64,000 bases of DNA from Candidatus Latescibacterota bacterium (GCA_965248265.1 CBDFJF010000001.1:1600001-1664000); one strand, 5' to 3'; positions 8,432 through 18,150 are shown, counted from the first letter of the stretch. Made by a program: numbers and translations. Notes: generated by a model from the letters alone, not told the origin.

Positions 8432-9448
8432 TCAGAATGTCCGAATCTGCTGATTCGAGCTCGATTTCCCCGGATTTCGCGCCAGAACCTCCAGCAGGTA
8501 GTCCGGGGATCCTGGCTCGCTCGCGGGACGCTCGCGATGCCAGTCTCGATGGGTGGGTACATGCGAATCAGACAAAGGCCACGGATCGAACGGCTCATAC
8601 CCCAGCGCCGCGCGCAGCTTGCTGGAGTCCAGTGTCACATTGCCGGCGCGCGGAGGAATCGGCCCGGCCTCACCTCGTGGCCGCCCCATCAAGCAATCCG
8701 CTTCGTAGCCCCCCAGGCGATTGATGACCTGGCCGATCTCGTACAGACTCAACTGGCGTGGCGCGCCGGCGTGATAGAGCCCGGACAGATCGCTGCGAAG
8801 GACCGTCTCGAACAGTCCGTTGAGACAGTCCGTGTAGGTTGGCGTCCTCACTTCATCATAGTAGAGCGTCGCCGGCCGGGACTTGGCAAATCGCGATCCT
8901 ATCCAGTCGATGGCGCCGGCGTGGCCGTTGAAACTGATCCCCATCGGCAGCGAAATCCGCAGGACACAGGCGTCAGCGCGCTCGCTGAGAAACATCTGCT
9001 CGGCATCGACCATGGTTTCACCGTACACAGTGACCGGATCCGTCGGATCATCCTCGACGTGATTTCCGGAACCCGTTCCTGAATACACCAGGTCGATGGA
9101 AAGCGTGATGATCCGGGTTGCCTCCGAAGCCGCCGCCAGCAGTCCGTTGACGCTGTCGACGTTGATACGTCGGGCGTTCTCCGGATCGTACTCGCACGAC
9201 TTTAATCTGCATGTTCCTTCGCAGTTGATGACCGAGGCGAATTCGTGCTCGTCGAAAAGCCGCTTCATGCCGTCGGCGTCATAGGCATTGAGCGCTCGAA
9301 TGCCCTCGCCCTGCAGCAGCCAGTTGTCTACACGGCGGGTGCCGATCACCTGACCCGGATGGTTGAAGCGGAAGTAATCGAGGGCGTTGTAACCGGGGAC
9401 GCCAGCTACCCCGGTGATGAGCATGGGAAACAGATCTCGGTTCGACAT
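8432..9448 (-). CDS. RmlD-like SDR (dTDP-4-dehydrorhamnose reductase family), atypical active site
   Basis: ITGVAGVPG, SIDLVYSG, EDDPTDPVTVYG and DEVRTPTY. The usual YxxxK reads YGETM. Confidence 0.8.
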   Translation of the reverse strand: MSNRDLFPMLITGVAGVPGYNALDYFRFNHPGQVIGTRRVDNWLLQGEGIRALNAYDADGMKRLFDEHEFASVINCEGTCRLKSCEYDPENARRINVDSVNGLLAAASEATRIITLSIDLVYSGTGSGNHVEDDPTDPVTVYGETMVDAEQMFLSERADACVLRISLPMGISFNGHAGAIDWIGSRFAKSRPATLYYDEVRTPTYTDCLNGLFETVLRSDLSGLYHAGAPRQLSLYEIGQVINRLGGYEADCLMGRPRGEAGPIPPRAGNVTLDSSKLRAALGYEPFDPWPLSDSHVPTHRDWHRERPASEPGSPDYLLEVLARNPGKSSSNQQIRTF

Positions 9449-9516
9449 GCTTTTGGGGATCTAAAACGTACTCATGTCGAGGTCGAAGCGCGTGTGCTCG
9501 TAGGTGGCAAAATCGG

Positions 9517-9893
9517 TCACAACATCCAATTCGACTGCGGCGCCTGAAATTCCGGCTTGTAGATCCCGGCGAGAATGCCACCCATGCCCTGCAACACAGC
9601 CCCAAGGCCCAGAGACTTGAAGAAACGGCCAGGGATCGCGCTCGAAATACTCCGCATCCCAGTCGATGAAGATCGCCCCGGTGTCGAGGACGAGCGTCGG
9701 CTTTTCGCTGGCCGGAGATCCGATGCTGATCGGCGACCCCCCGTTGGCACCCAAGACGGTCTTTTCCGGATCGAGATGGAAACGATGGGAAGAAACAGCC
9801 AGCGCGATGCAATCCTGTTCAAGAGCAATACGCGTGTACTTGCCGGCCCCGCCGCAAATCTTCGGCCGGCACGCGCAGACAGCTTTCAGCCAT
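9517..9893 (-). pseudogene. Relic of an Ldh_2 (malate/L-lactate/ureidoglycolate dehydrogenase-type) family gene
   Basis: RBS plus MAESCLRVPAEDLR start. Fragments in other frames: GANGGSPISIGSPASEKPTLVLDTGA and FFKSLGLGAVLQGMGGILAG. Only about 380 bp remain. Confidence 0.55.
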
Positions 9894-9922
9894 GAATTAC
9901 CGTGGCCTCCCGTCGGCGACGG

Positions 9923-10288
9923 TCATCTCCCGACGGAACGATGGGGTTGGCCACCGCCGTAGGGACGATGGCGATCCGGACTCCGTCCGCGAGCAGGCTC
10001 AGGAGTGTTTTGTGGCTTCTCTTCGCTACTTTCCTGAACTTCCTCCGCTTCGAAATAATCCCCATAGGCCTCTGCCAGAGCAGGCGTATCATTGACGTGT
10101 GCCTGCCATTCTTTTGCCACGGCGTCTGAGTCCACACACTTGTGACATGGAATGATCATGTTCAACTGATTAACCCCTTGATATCCCCGGTCAAGACAGG
10201 TCTTGCAGTTCTTCTTCGTTCGATGGTTCGAGACTATCTCTATGGCCTTGGCGAGGTGCTCGTCGGATAACTTCGGTACGTCTTCCAA
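9923..10288 (-). CDS. Small hypothetical protein with two CxxC pairs (probable zinc ribbon)
   Basis: CKTCLDRG...PCHKC. AGGAGG upstream of a TTG start. Confidence 0.7.
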   Translation of the reverse strand: MEDVPKLSDEHLAKAIEIVSNHRTKKNCKTCLDRGYQGVNQLNMIIPCHKCVDSDAVAKEWQAHVNDTPALAEAYGDYFEAEEVQESSEEKPQNTPEPARGRSPDRHRPYGGGQPHRSVGR

Positions 10289-10465
10289 TGTGACCTTCCT
10301 CCCTGGATCGTTAGAAAACTGGCCTTAACGTAAGATGATGGAGGAACGCTTTTCCGACAACAGTGGCACCTCAATCTCTGACTATCGATGGCAGTCCCTG
10401 TGAGACTTATCTTTTAGTCCTGGCGAACCAGATTGAAACGGCCAGATCGAACAGGAGCGTTTGCG

Positions 10466-11242
10466 ATGTGGAATGACGAACAGCTTGCAACTTACCGCGA
10501 ACAGGGCTTTCTCATGCAAAGAGGGCTCCTTTCAAAGGAGCAGGTCGACGAACTGCGCGCGGGCGCCGTCGACCTGATGACGGGAGACTCGAACCCGCCC
10601 GAAGTTGAGGTCGTGCGGGAGAAAAGCGGCCCGGTGCGGTCCGTGTTCTGTATGCACCGAAACATCGAGCCGTGGCGTGGCCTGTGTCGCTCGGAAGCCA
10701 TCGGCGCACCCATCAAGCAGATCATGGGAACGGATGCCTACATCTTTCACAGCAAACTGAACACCAAGGAGTCGTTCGAAGGCACCGTCTGGCTGTGGCA
10801 CCAGGACTACGGCTACTGGCAGTACGACGGCGTCGACGATCGCCTGGTCTCAGCCCTGATCATGCTGGATGCCAATACCATACACAACGGCTGCATCATG
10901 CTGGTCTCCGGATCACACAAATGGGGGATCCTCGAACACTACGATGACGTTGAGACGACCAGTTACAAGCAATGGTGCATCCGGCCCGAGGCGTTGCGCA
11001 GTCACCTGACGGATGAGAACTCCATCACTCCCATCGTCGGCGAGCCCGGAGACGTCTGCTTCTTCGACTGCAAAATTATCCACGGTTCCAACCACAACTT
11101 CTCCCCGCTGCCGCGTCGCTCGCTCATCTACGCCTACAGTGCAATCGACAACCTCCCGACGGGTGTCGACAATCCGCGCCCCGACTGGGTTGTTTCACGC
11201 GAGCCAGAGGCGGTAACTGCCGAGATCGCGGTACCGGTATAG
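10466..11242 (+). CDS. PhyH family dioxygenase (ectoine hydroxylase-like)
   Basis: HSKLNTK, WHQD, NGCIMLVSGSH and HGSNHN motifs. RBS AGGAG upstream. Confidence 0.9.
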   Translation: MWNDEQLATYREQGFLMQRGLLSKEQVDELRAGAVDLMTGDSNPPEVEVVREKSGPVRSVFCMHRNIEPWRGLCRSEAIGAPIKQIMGTDAYIFHSKLNTKESFEGTVWLWHQDYGYWQYDGVDDRLVSALIMLDANTIHNGCIMLVSGSHKWGILEHYDDVETTSYKQWCIRPEALRSHLTDENSITPIVGEPGDVCFFDCKIIHGSNHNFSPLPRRSLIYAYSAIDNLPTGVDNPRPDWVVSREPEAVTAEIAVPV

Positions 11243-11247
11243 ATGAA

Positions 11248-12774
11248 ATGCGAATTCTGATAACTGGAGCAACCAGCGAGCTGGGTCGCGCGCTTTCGAC
11301 CCAACTCAAGGCCCGAGGTCACCAACTTCGACTGGTCGACGGCGAAGCCGTAACGGCCGGAGCCAACTCGGAGGCCTGCGTCGCCGACCTGACCGACGGC
11401 GACAGCATGTGGCAGGCCGTCCGCGACATCGATGCCGTCGTCCATACCGGAGAAGCGCCATCGAATACCCCCTCCGACCCCGAGGCTCGCGGGGTTTTTC
11501 TCCTCGACTACTACACCCGGGGCACCCACGTGCTGTTGAAGGCGGCAGTCGAAGCAGGGGTAAGGCGTTTCGTTTACGGCAGCACGCTGGACCTGTTTCG
11601 GCCATACCCGGACGATGTCTACATCAGCGAGATGTGGCGCCCCTTGCCGACGCCGGATGTCGAACCCATGAGTCGCTACCTGGGCGAGCTCACCTGCCGC
11701 GAGTTCGCCCGCGACCATCTGATAGCCGTCACCGCCCTCCGCCTGGGGACCATCGCCCTGGAAGAGGACGTTGTCGGGCAGACGCCGGACCTGGCCTGGC
11801 TGGATCGCCGGGATGCGGTCGAGACATTCTGTAGTGCTCTGGAACGTGACGGGGAGAATCACGCCAACTGGCAGCGCCGGTGGAGACTGTTCCACGTGTG
11901 CGCGAAGCCGCCCAACCCCAGGTATCTCAACGCCGCTCAGATCATCCAGCCGCAGCATAATTTTGACGCGGCATGGAAAGCGGCAGGAGACACTCAACCC
12001 CTGTGGCCGCCGTTCAGCCAGAAACTCTCAGCGACGGCGACGACTTCGGCCTCTGACCGGAAGAAGGTGCTGTTCCTCGGGGCCTCGGGATTGATCGGAC
12101 CCTTCCTCACACCAGGACTGGAACCCCACTATGGCTTGACCCCGGCAGATGTGAAACCCCACCCGGACGGTAAACCGGTCGAACACGTTGACGTCACCGA
12201 GTACGCGCAGGTGCTGGAAGCCGCGCGCGGACACGACGCCATCATGAACTACACCGTCGTCCGCAACGACGGCGACCTGAGTTTCCACGTCAACATACGC
12301 GGCGCATGGAACGTCATGCGCGCCGCGGCGGAGCTGGGCATTCGCAAGGTTCTGCACAGCGGGCCGGAGTACGTCCGTACGCATTATGACCACGAATTCG
12401 ACATCGACAACCCGCCCTCAGCGGCAGGAACCGGGTGGTACCCCCTGACGAAGATGCTCAGCCGGGAGATCTGCCGGATCTATGCCCGCACCCACGGAAT
12501 CGTCACGCCCTGTTTCGTATTCAATGGACTGGGGCCGGCGCCAACTGAAGCAATGACGGAGAGGGATTTCCCGCCGTTCACCATCGTCTGGGAGGACCTG
12601 CAGAACGCCTGTCGCCTGGGCCTGGAAATTGAGTCGCTGGGAGAGAGCAACTACGAGGAGTTCAGCCTGCACTCCCATCTGGGCCAGGGCAAGTTCTCCA
12701 TCGACCGGGCCCACAGAGTCCTCGGGTACGAGCCGGCGCACGACTGGTCACGCTTCTTCAAACGGCCTCGTTGA
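11248..12774 (+). CDS. Protein with two tandem NAD-dependent epimerase/dehydratase domains
   Basis: Two Rossmann starts (ITGATSELG and LGASGLIG). The second domain has YPLTK. Confidence 0.82.
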   Translation: MRILITGATSELGRALSTQLKARGHQLRLVDGEAVTAGANSEACVADLTDGDSMWQAVRDIDAVVHTGEAPSNTPSDPEARGVFLLDYYTRGTHVLLKAAVEAGVRRFVYGSTLDLFRPYPDDVYISEMWRPLPTPDVEPMSRYLGELTCREFARDHLIAVTALRLGTIALEEDVVGQTPDLAWLDRRDAVETFCSALERDGENHANWQRRWRLFHVCAKPPNPRYLNAAQIIQPQHNFDAAWKAAGDTQPLWPPFSQKLSATATTSASDRKKVLFLGASGLIGPFLTPGLEPHYGLTPADVKPHPDGKPVEHVDVTEYAQVLEAARGHDAIMNYTVVRNDGDLSFHVNIRGAWNVMRAAAELGIRKVLHSGPEYVRTHYDHEFDIDNPPSAAGTGWYPLTKMLSREICRIYARTHGIVTPCFVFNGLGPAPTEAMTERDFPPFTIVWEDLQNACRLGLEIESLGESNYEEFSLHSHLGQGKFSIDRAHRVLGYEPAHDWSRFFKRPR

Positions 12775-13630
12775 CATCCTCGCCCTCCGCGGTTGAGTAC
12801 GGCAACTGGGTTTCTGGGTGCTCCTTGAAATACTGCACCTGACGGACCCCGAAATTCTCTTGAAGCTGGATGCTTAGACCACCATCGACTGTCAGCGAGT
12901 GCCCGGTGATGAATGAGGCTTCGTCCGAGCACAGGAAGACGGCGGCGTTGCCGATGTCGACAGGACGGCCGACCTTGCGCAGCGGGTACTGATCGGCGAA
13001 GAGGGCCAGACCTGACGGGTTGTCGTCCCACATGGTCTTCTGCAGACGATCGGTCACCATGTGTCCAGGCAGAATGGCGTTGACACGGATGCCATCGGGA
13101 CCGTACTCCGTTGCCATCTGTCGTGTCAGACCGATGGCCGCAGCCTTGCCCGTCTCATAGACCAGCACTCCGGGCGCCATCAGCAACCCATGGACCGAGG
13201 ACATGTTGACGATGCTGCCACCGCCAGCCTTGCGCATCTGTGGTACCGCGTACTTGGCACCATGGTACATCGATTTGACCAGGACGGCCATCCCGTGGTC
13301 CCAATCATCCTCTGAGACTTCGACCGCATCACCCGAGCCTGCTGTGAGAACATCAAAAGCGTTGTTCACCAGGATGTCCAGTTGCCCCCACTTTGCAACA
13401 GTGGTCTCGACCATGTGCGCCAGATCGGCGTGTACACTGACATCGACCGCGAGTGCTTCAGCCTCGTTTCCCGCTTCCGTGATCTCCCGCACCTTGGTCT
13501 GGGCGGCGTCTACGGCGATATCGGCGATCAGGACCCTGGCACCCTCTTCCGCGAGACGCTGCGAGATGGCCCCTCCAAGGCCATTTGCACCACCCGTGAC
13601 AATCGCTACCTGCCCCGCCAGTCTTTGCAT
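12758..13630 (-). CDS. Classical short-chain dehydrogenase/reductase
   Basis: TGGANGLG, NNA, YETGK, IRVNAILPG and VDGG motifs. Confidence 0.93.
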   Translation of the reverse strand: MQRLAGQVAIVTGGANGLGGAISQRLAEEGARVLIADIAVDAAQTKVREITEAGNEAEALAVDVSVHADLAHMVETTVAKWGQLDILVNNAFDVLTAGSGDAVEVSEDDWDHGMAVLVKSMYHGAKYAVPQMRKAGGGSIVNMSSVHGLLMAPGVLVYETGKAAAIGLTRQMATEYGPDGIRVNAILPGHMVTDRLQKTMWDDNPSGLALFADQYPLRKVGRPVDIGNAAVFLCSDEASFITGHSLTVDGGLSIQLQENFGVRQVQYFKEHPETQLPYSTAEGEDVNEAV

Positions 13631-13663
13631 TGCTCACGCTCCGTGTAGTGATTCTGTGTTGGC

Positions 13664-13722
13664 GCTACGTTCAGTAGCATCGGCTACCTTTTAGGTATCA
13701 TCGGCTACCTTCAGTAGCAACG
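13664..13722. repeat. Three tandem 19-21 bp palindromic units (GCTAC-N5-GTAGC) in a divergent intergenic region
   Basis: GCTACGTTCAGTAGCATCG / GCTACCTTTTAGGTATCATCG / GCTACCTTCAGTAGCAACG. Confidence 0.75.
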
Positions 13723-14079
13723 AAGCGAAAAACGTGATGCGTGAGGCGTAAAGGGTCAACTACAACAAAAGGTAGAGGTGATGATGGACACATTCGACGG
13801 GCTCAGGGCGGTGCATTTCGACCGCATCGCAGGTGTTGGCTGGGGCGATCAACACGATTAACAGGCCAATAATTTTGCAGCAGCTCGAGCTGTTCATCCT
13901 GCTCTCGGTGGACCTCCGAAGAGCGCAAATCTACGAAAATCGGCAAGATTTCCATGCTCACATTGGATAATGCCCTGTCGATCGATACTCTCTATACTCT
14001 CAGTGCCGCCAAAGTCGCCCGTTTGTGGGCGTGCTCCAGTCGACCCTCGCGGCAGCCTCCACGAATGGGATGAAGGCTC

Positions 14080-16125
14080 ATGATAGAGTACGCCATCCAC
14101 GACGGTGTTCGTTTCATCAAGAATGTGACCGTGCCCATGGCAGACGGCGTGCAGCTGGCATTGGACATGCACGTGCCCTGCGCGGACGACTCCACTGACT
14201 GGCGCGACACGCCGCAGCCGCTGCTGTTGGAGTACATCCCCTACCGCAAGGATGATATCCAACCCTACTCGGGCTACCACGACTACTTCGCCCGCCACGG
14301 AATCATCGGCGCCCGCCTCGACTGCCGCGGCACTGGCAGCAGCGGTGGCGTCAACACGGACGAGTACACCCCGCGCGAGCAGGCCGATGGGGTAGAGGCC
14401 ATTGAGTGGCTTGCCGAGCAGACCTGGTGCTCGGGCAAGGTCGGCATGATCGGCAGCTCCTATGGGGGATTTACTTCCGTACAGGTGGCGGCTCACCAGC
14501 CACCGCACCTGGCCACCATCATCCCCATCTACTTTACCGACGACCGCTACGCCGACGATTGCCATTACCGAGGTGGGGCGCTTCGTTGCTATTACGACAT
14601 CGGCTCCTATGGTGCCTCGATGATCGGCATGAACGCCATGCCACCCTACCCCGAGTACAGCGGTGCGGACTGGGCCCGGGTATGGGAGGAGCACCTCGAC
14701 AACAACACCCCCTACCTGTTGGAATGGCTGGCCCGGCCGCGCGATGGCGACTACTGGCGGCCCGGAAGCATTCGCGGACGCTACGACCAGATCGAATGCC
14801 CCGTGTTCATGATCGGCGGTTGGCGCGACGGTTACCCCAATCCTCCACTGCGGACCTTCGCCAACCTGGACGTTCCCAAACGATTGCTGATGGGTCCCTG
14901 GAACCACACGCGTCCAGACCGCGCCATCCCCGGACCGCGGATCGACTACCTGGCGGAGGTCGTGCGCTGGTGCAATCACTGGTTGAAGGGAGAGGACAAT
15001 GCGGTGATGGATGAACCGCCGGTGCAGGTCTACATGCAGACCTTCGATGTCCCCCGAGCGGACCGCACTCACACCAGCGGCTACTGGCGTGCCGAACAGG
15101 AACTGCCACCTCCGCCGTCTGACACCGGAAGCACCTATTTCCTCGGCGATGAGAGTCTCACTGCCGATTCACCAGTCACCGGAGATGGCTTCGACGAATA
15201 TGAATACAGTCCTACCGTGGGTACTGCCGGAGGCCTGTGGAGTGGCGGTGTTCCATACGGACTGCCCACGGATCAGCGCCCAGATGAGATCGACTCGCTT
15301 ACCTACACGAGCGATCTCCTCCCGCAGCCATTGGAGATTCTCGGTTGGCCACGAGTCAAGATCTTCATCAGCTCCACGGCGCCGGTAATGGCCTTTGTCG
15401 CGCGCCTGAGCGATGTGGCTCCGGATGGCACCAGTGCCCTGGTCTGCACCGGCGTGTTGAACGCTACCCGCCGAGATTCACTGTCGAAACCTGAGCCCCT
15501 GGTCCCCGGAGAAATCTGCGAGCTCGGGTTCGACCTCGACGCCACCGCCTGGCGCTTTTTCCCCGGCCACCGCATCCGCCTGGCCGTGTGCAGCGCCGAT
15601 TTTCCCAACCTCTGGCCCACACCATACAAAGGCACCAACTGCCTCTACCGGGATGCCGAGCATCCATCACAGCTCACCTTGCCCCTGATCCCGGTCCGGG
15701 ATGGCAACTCCAGCAACACGCTGCCAGAAAACGAGATCGATTTCAATCCAGTTGACGACGTCTCCGTGTTCGGATTGTCCCCCGACGAGCCGGTATGGCA
15801 GATCGTCCGCGACATGCTCGGCAATCGCGTCGGACTGCAGATGCTCAGACGCCAGACCGACCGCATCAGTGAAGCGATGGAGGTCACCAACCAGAGCAAG
15901 CTCGATGTCTGGGCAAGCAATGACCGGCCGGCTGATGTCGTGGCTACCGGGCACCATCATCGCCGCATCGTGCGCGATGACGGCGTCTATGTGATTGACT
16001 CCGGCTGCATTCTGCGCTCCACGGAGAGTGCCTTTCATCTGACCATCGATCTGCACATAACCGTCAACGACCTGCCGCATCACCAGCAACGTTGGGTCAG
16101 GTCCTTCGAGCGGCAACTGTTGTAA
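14080..16125 (+). CDS. CocE/NonD family serine hydrolase (peptidase S15)
   Basis: YIPYRK, DCRGTGSSGG, GSSYGG nucleophile motif, MGPWNH, and a PepX-type C-terminal domain. Confidence 0.92.
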   Translation: MIEYAIHDGVRFIKNVTVPMADGVQLALDMHVPCADDSTDWRDTPQPLLLEYIPYRKDDIQPYSGYHDYFARHGIIGARLDCRGTGSSGGVNTDEYTPREQADGVEAIEWLAEQTWCSGKVGMIGSSYGGFTSVQVAAHQPPHLATIIPIYFTDDRYADDCHYRGGALRCYYDIGSYGASMIGMNAMPPYPEYSGADWARVWEEHLDNNTPYLLEWLARPRDGDYWRPGSIRGRYDQIECPVFMIGGWRDGYPNPPLRTFANLDVPKRLLMGPWNHTRPDRAIPGPRIDYLAEVVRWCNHWLKGEDNAVMDEPPVQVYMQTFDVPRADRTHTSGYWRAEQELPPPPSDTGSTYFLGDESLTADSPVTGDGFDEYEYSPTVGTAGGLWSGGVPYGLPTDQRPDEIDSLTYTSDLLPQPLEILGWPRVKIFISSTAPVMAFVARLSDVAPDGTSALVCTGVLNATRRDSLSKPEPLVPGEICELGFDLDATAWRFFPGHRIRLAVCSADFPNLWPTPYKGTNCLYRDAEHPSQLTLPLIPVRDGNSSNTLPENEIDFNPVDDVSVFGLSPDEPVWQIVRDMLGNRVGLQMLRRQTDRISEAMEVTNQSKLDVWASNDRPADVVATGHHHRRIVRDDGVYVIDSGCILRSTESAFHLTIDLHITVNDLPHHQQRWVRSFERQLL

Positions 16126-16141
16126 CTCCACAGAGTCCTCG

Positions 16142-16429
16142 ATGAAACAACAGACCCAGGTCGTCATCATCGGAGCCGGCATCGCCGGTTCCAGCGTCGC
16201 CTACCACCTCACCAGACTCGGGTGGACGGATATCGTCGTCGTCGATCAGGGACCGCTGCCGAAGACGGGGGGCTCGACCTTACACGCGCCGGAGAGCCGC
16301 TCTGGGATCCCACCATGGAGCGACTCAAGCGATGACTTCTGTCCCGCGCGCAAGATTCAAAGGAGTCCGATGATGGCACAAAAAGGTATCCTGGAGCGGT
16401 TGTCAGAGGGCACCATCGGGAAAGGCTAA
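16142..16429 (+). pseudogene. 5' fragment of a GcvT-fused FAD oxidoreductase (dimethylglycine/sarcosine dehydrogenase-like)
   Basis: VVIIGAGIAGSSVAYHL...DQGPLPKTGGSTLHAP. Recognisable homology stops after about 50 aa. Confidence 0.75.
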
Positions 16430-16445
16430 TAATCGGGCACCTTCG

Positions 16446-16862
16446 TCACGGCAATCGGGCGACTTCGAGTCCCTGTGCTCGGGCAGCGCGAGCCTGCTGA
16501 CCGTCAGCCGTGACGAACAGGTCCACGGAACACGCGACGGCAGTCCCAACGTGGATGGCCTCCATGCCCCTCAGAGGGCTCGCTTCCAGACAACCTACCA
16601 CGATGGGCACGACCGGTTCGGAGACATCGATCACTAGCGCCTCATCCAGATCTGCCGTTATGTCGCGCTTGAGCTCTGTGTATTGTGCTGGAGTCAGAGC
16701 GCCATCTCGGCGAATGCGATTGAAGGCAGAGAGCAATTCGGCAAAGCAAATGATGCTCACGACAATTTCTGAGGCAGCCGCGCAGTGTTTGGCGACAGTC
16801 TCGCTGCCGCGCTCTTTGACGTATCTCTTGGCAAGCGCTGACGTATCGAAAAATATTCTCAC
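16446..16862 (-). CDS. vapC: VapC-like PIN-domain toxin
   Basis: FFDTSALAKRY, AELLSA, LRGMEAIH and FVTAD motifs. GTG start at 16862. Confidence 0.88.
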   Translation of the reverse strand: MRIFFDTSALAKRYVKERGSETVAKHCAAASEIVVSIICFAELLSAFNRIRRDGALTPAQYTELKRDITADLDEALVIDVSEPVVPIVVGCLEASPLRGMEAIHVGTAVACSVDLFVTADGQQARAARAQGLEVARLP

Positions 16863-16869
16863 CCGTTTG

Positions 16870-17088
16870 CTATCCTTCACGCTCTTCAAGAACGATTCGA
16901 CTCGCGGATATACCTTTCAGATCGAGCGGCTTCGATTTCTTCCACCTGTTGGGTGCTGTCGGAACGTAAGGCGACAACACGGCCACCGGCTTGCCATGTC
17001 GATAAACTTCAATTACCTCGCCGGCTTCGACAGCATCAAAGTATTTCCTGGCGTTGTTGCGCAGATCCGAAAACGTGGTTGTCAACAT
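16870..17088 (-). CDS. Phd/YefM family antitoxin
   Basis: TFSDLRNN...VEAGEVIEVYRHGKPVAVL. 72 aa, directly upstream of the PIN toxin. Confidence 0.9.
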   Translation of the reverse strand: MLTTTFSDLRNNARKYFDAVEAGEVIEVYRHGKPVAVLSPYVPTAPNRWKKSKPLDLKGISASRIVLEEREG

Positions 17089-17106
17089 TTGACCTCTCCC
17101 AGCTGT

Positions 17107-17145
17107 GTGTCATTATATTGTACAAAATCATGACACTCAGGTCAA
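17107..17145 (-). promoter_or_regulatory. Sigma70 promoter of the TA operon, overlapped by a 30-bp palindromic operator
   Basis: Minus strand TTGACC-N17-TACAAT (17145-17117). Dyad GTGTCATTATATTGTACAAAATCATGACAC at 17107-17136 is 26/30 symmetric. Confidence 0.8.
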
Positions 17146-17166
17146 TATCCGGGCGACAAGCCGATT

Positions 17167-18150
17167 ATGTCTGATCTCAATCTCTTCGAGCAGCTGCGCT
17201 ACCACAGCGAAGCCTACATTCGCTGGAAAATCACCCGCCACGTAATCGGCAAACCAGAAGACTCCAAGGAAGTCCGCATCCTCCGCGATGAAGTGAAGGA
17301 CAGCGTCCTGGTCAAAACCATGCTCGCGGAACAGGATGATGATGGCCGCATCCCCCTCCACCCGTACGACAAATGGCGCGGCGCCCATTGGGTGCTGGCC
17401 GTCCTCGCCGATCTCGGCTATCCCCGTGATGACGACGATCTGATTCCTCTGCGGGAGCAGGTCTACGACTGGCTGTTCTCACCGGAGCATGAGAAGTCAC
17501 TCGCCAAACGCGTCGTCGACGGCCGTCATTGTTGCCACGCATCCCAGGAAGGCAACGCCCTCTACTACCTGCTGGAGCTCGGTTTGGCCGACGACCGCAC
17601 CGATGCACTGGCCGAACGGTTGCTTGAATGGCAGTGGTCGGACGGCGGTTGGAACTGCGACATGAAATCGAAAGGTGGCACCTCATCCTTCATGGAGACC
17701 CTCACTCCCCTACGCGGACTGGCCCACCACGCGCGCACGACGGGCAACGACGACTCCGCCGTCGCTGCCTCCCGTGCAGCTGAGGTTTTCCTGGAGCGCC
17801 GCATGTACAAACGCCGCCGTGACGACGAAGTAATGGCGCCGGACTTCACCGTATTGCGCTATCCCTGTTACTGGTACTACGACATCCTCTTTGGCCTCAA
17901 GGTATTGACCGAGGCCGGGTTCATCGTCGACGAACGCTGCGGCGACGCGCTAACGTTGCTGCAGGGCAAACAACTGGGCGGCGGCGGCTTCCCGGCAGAA
18001 CGGAAGCACTATAGTGTCGGCCGGGAGCGCAGCGGCGCCTCACTCGTCGACTTTGGCGGCACCAACAAGAAGAAGATGAACCCCTTCGTCACCGCCGACG
18101 CCTTCCACGTGCTCAAGGCTACGGACCGCCTTGAAGTTTTTATCTGGTGA
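17167..18150 (+). CDS. Hypothetical protein with prenyltransferase/squalene-cyclase-like QW repeats (alpha-alpha toroid)
   Basis: QDDDG, QWSDGGWNC, QLGGGGF and YPCYWYYDIL motifs. Confidence 0.6.
   Translation: MSDLNLFEQLRYHSEAYIRWKITRHVIGKPEDSKEVRILRDEVKDSVLVKTMLAEQDDDGRIPLHPYDKWRGAHWVLAVLADLGYPRDDDDLIPLREQVYDWLFSPEHEKSLAKRVVDGRHCCHASQEGNALYYLLELGLADDRTDALAERLLEWQWSDGGWNCDMKSKGGTSSFMETLTPLRGLAHHARTTGNDDSAVAASRAAEVFLERRMYKRRRDDEVMAPDFTVLRYPCYWYYDILFGLKVLTEAGFIVDERCGDALTLLQGKQLGGGGFPAERKHYSVGRERSGASLVDFGGTNKKKMNPFVTADAFHVLKATDRLEVFIW

Noticed and set aside
13664-13722. Possible mini-CRISPR array
   Set aside because: Units are about 20 bp with 4-bp linkers and no unique spacers, and there are no cas genes. 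Kept only as a repeat.
13781-13861. 26-codon ORF MMDTFDGLRAVHFDRIAGVGWGDQHD with a GAGGTG upstream
   Set aside because: Too short, with no recognisable homology. Cannot be supported as a gene.
13894-15072. 392-aa minus-strand ORF (likewise 42074-43366, 28169-29146, 29160-30170)
   Set aside because: Antisense to clear CocE, typA and enolase genes. Codon-bias artefacts.
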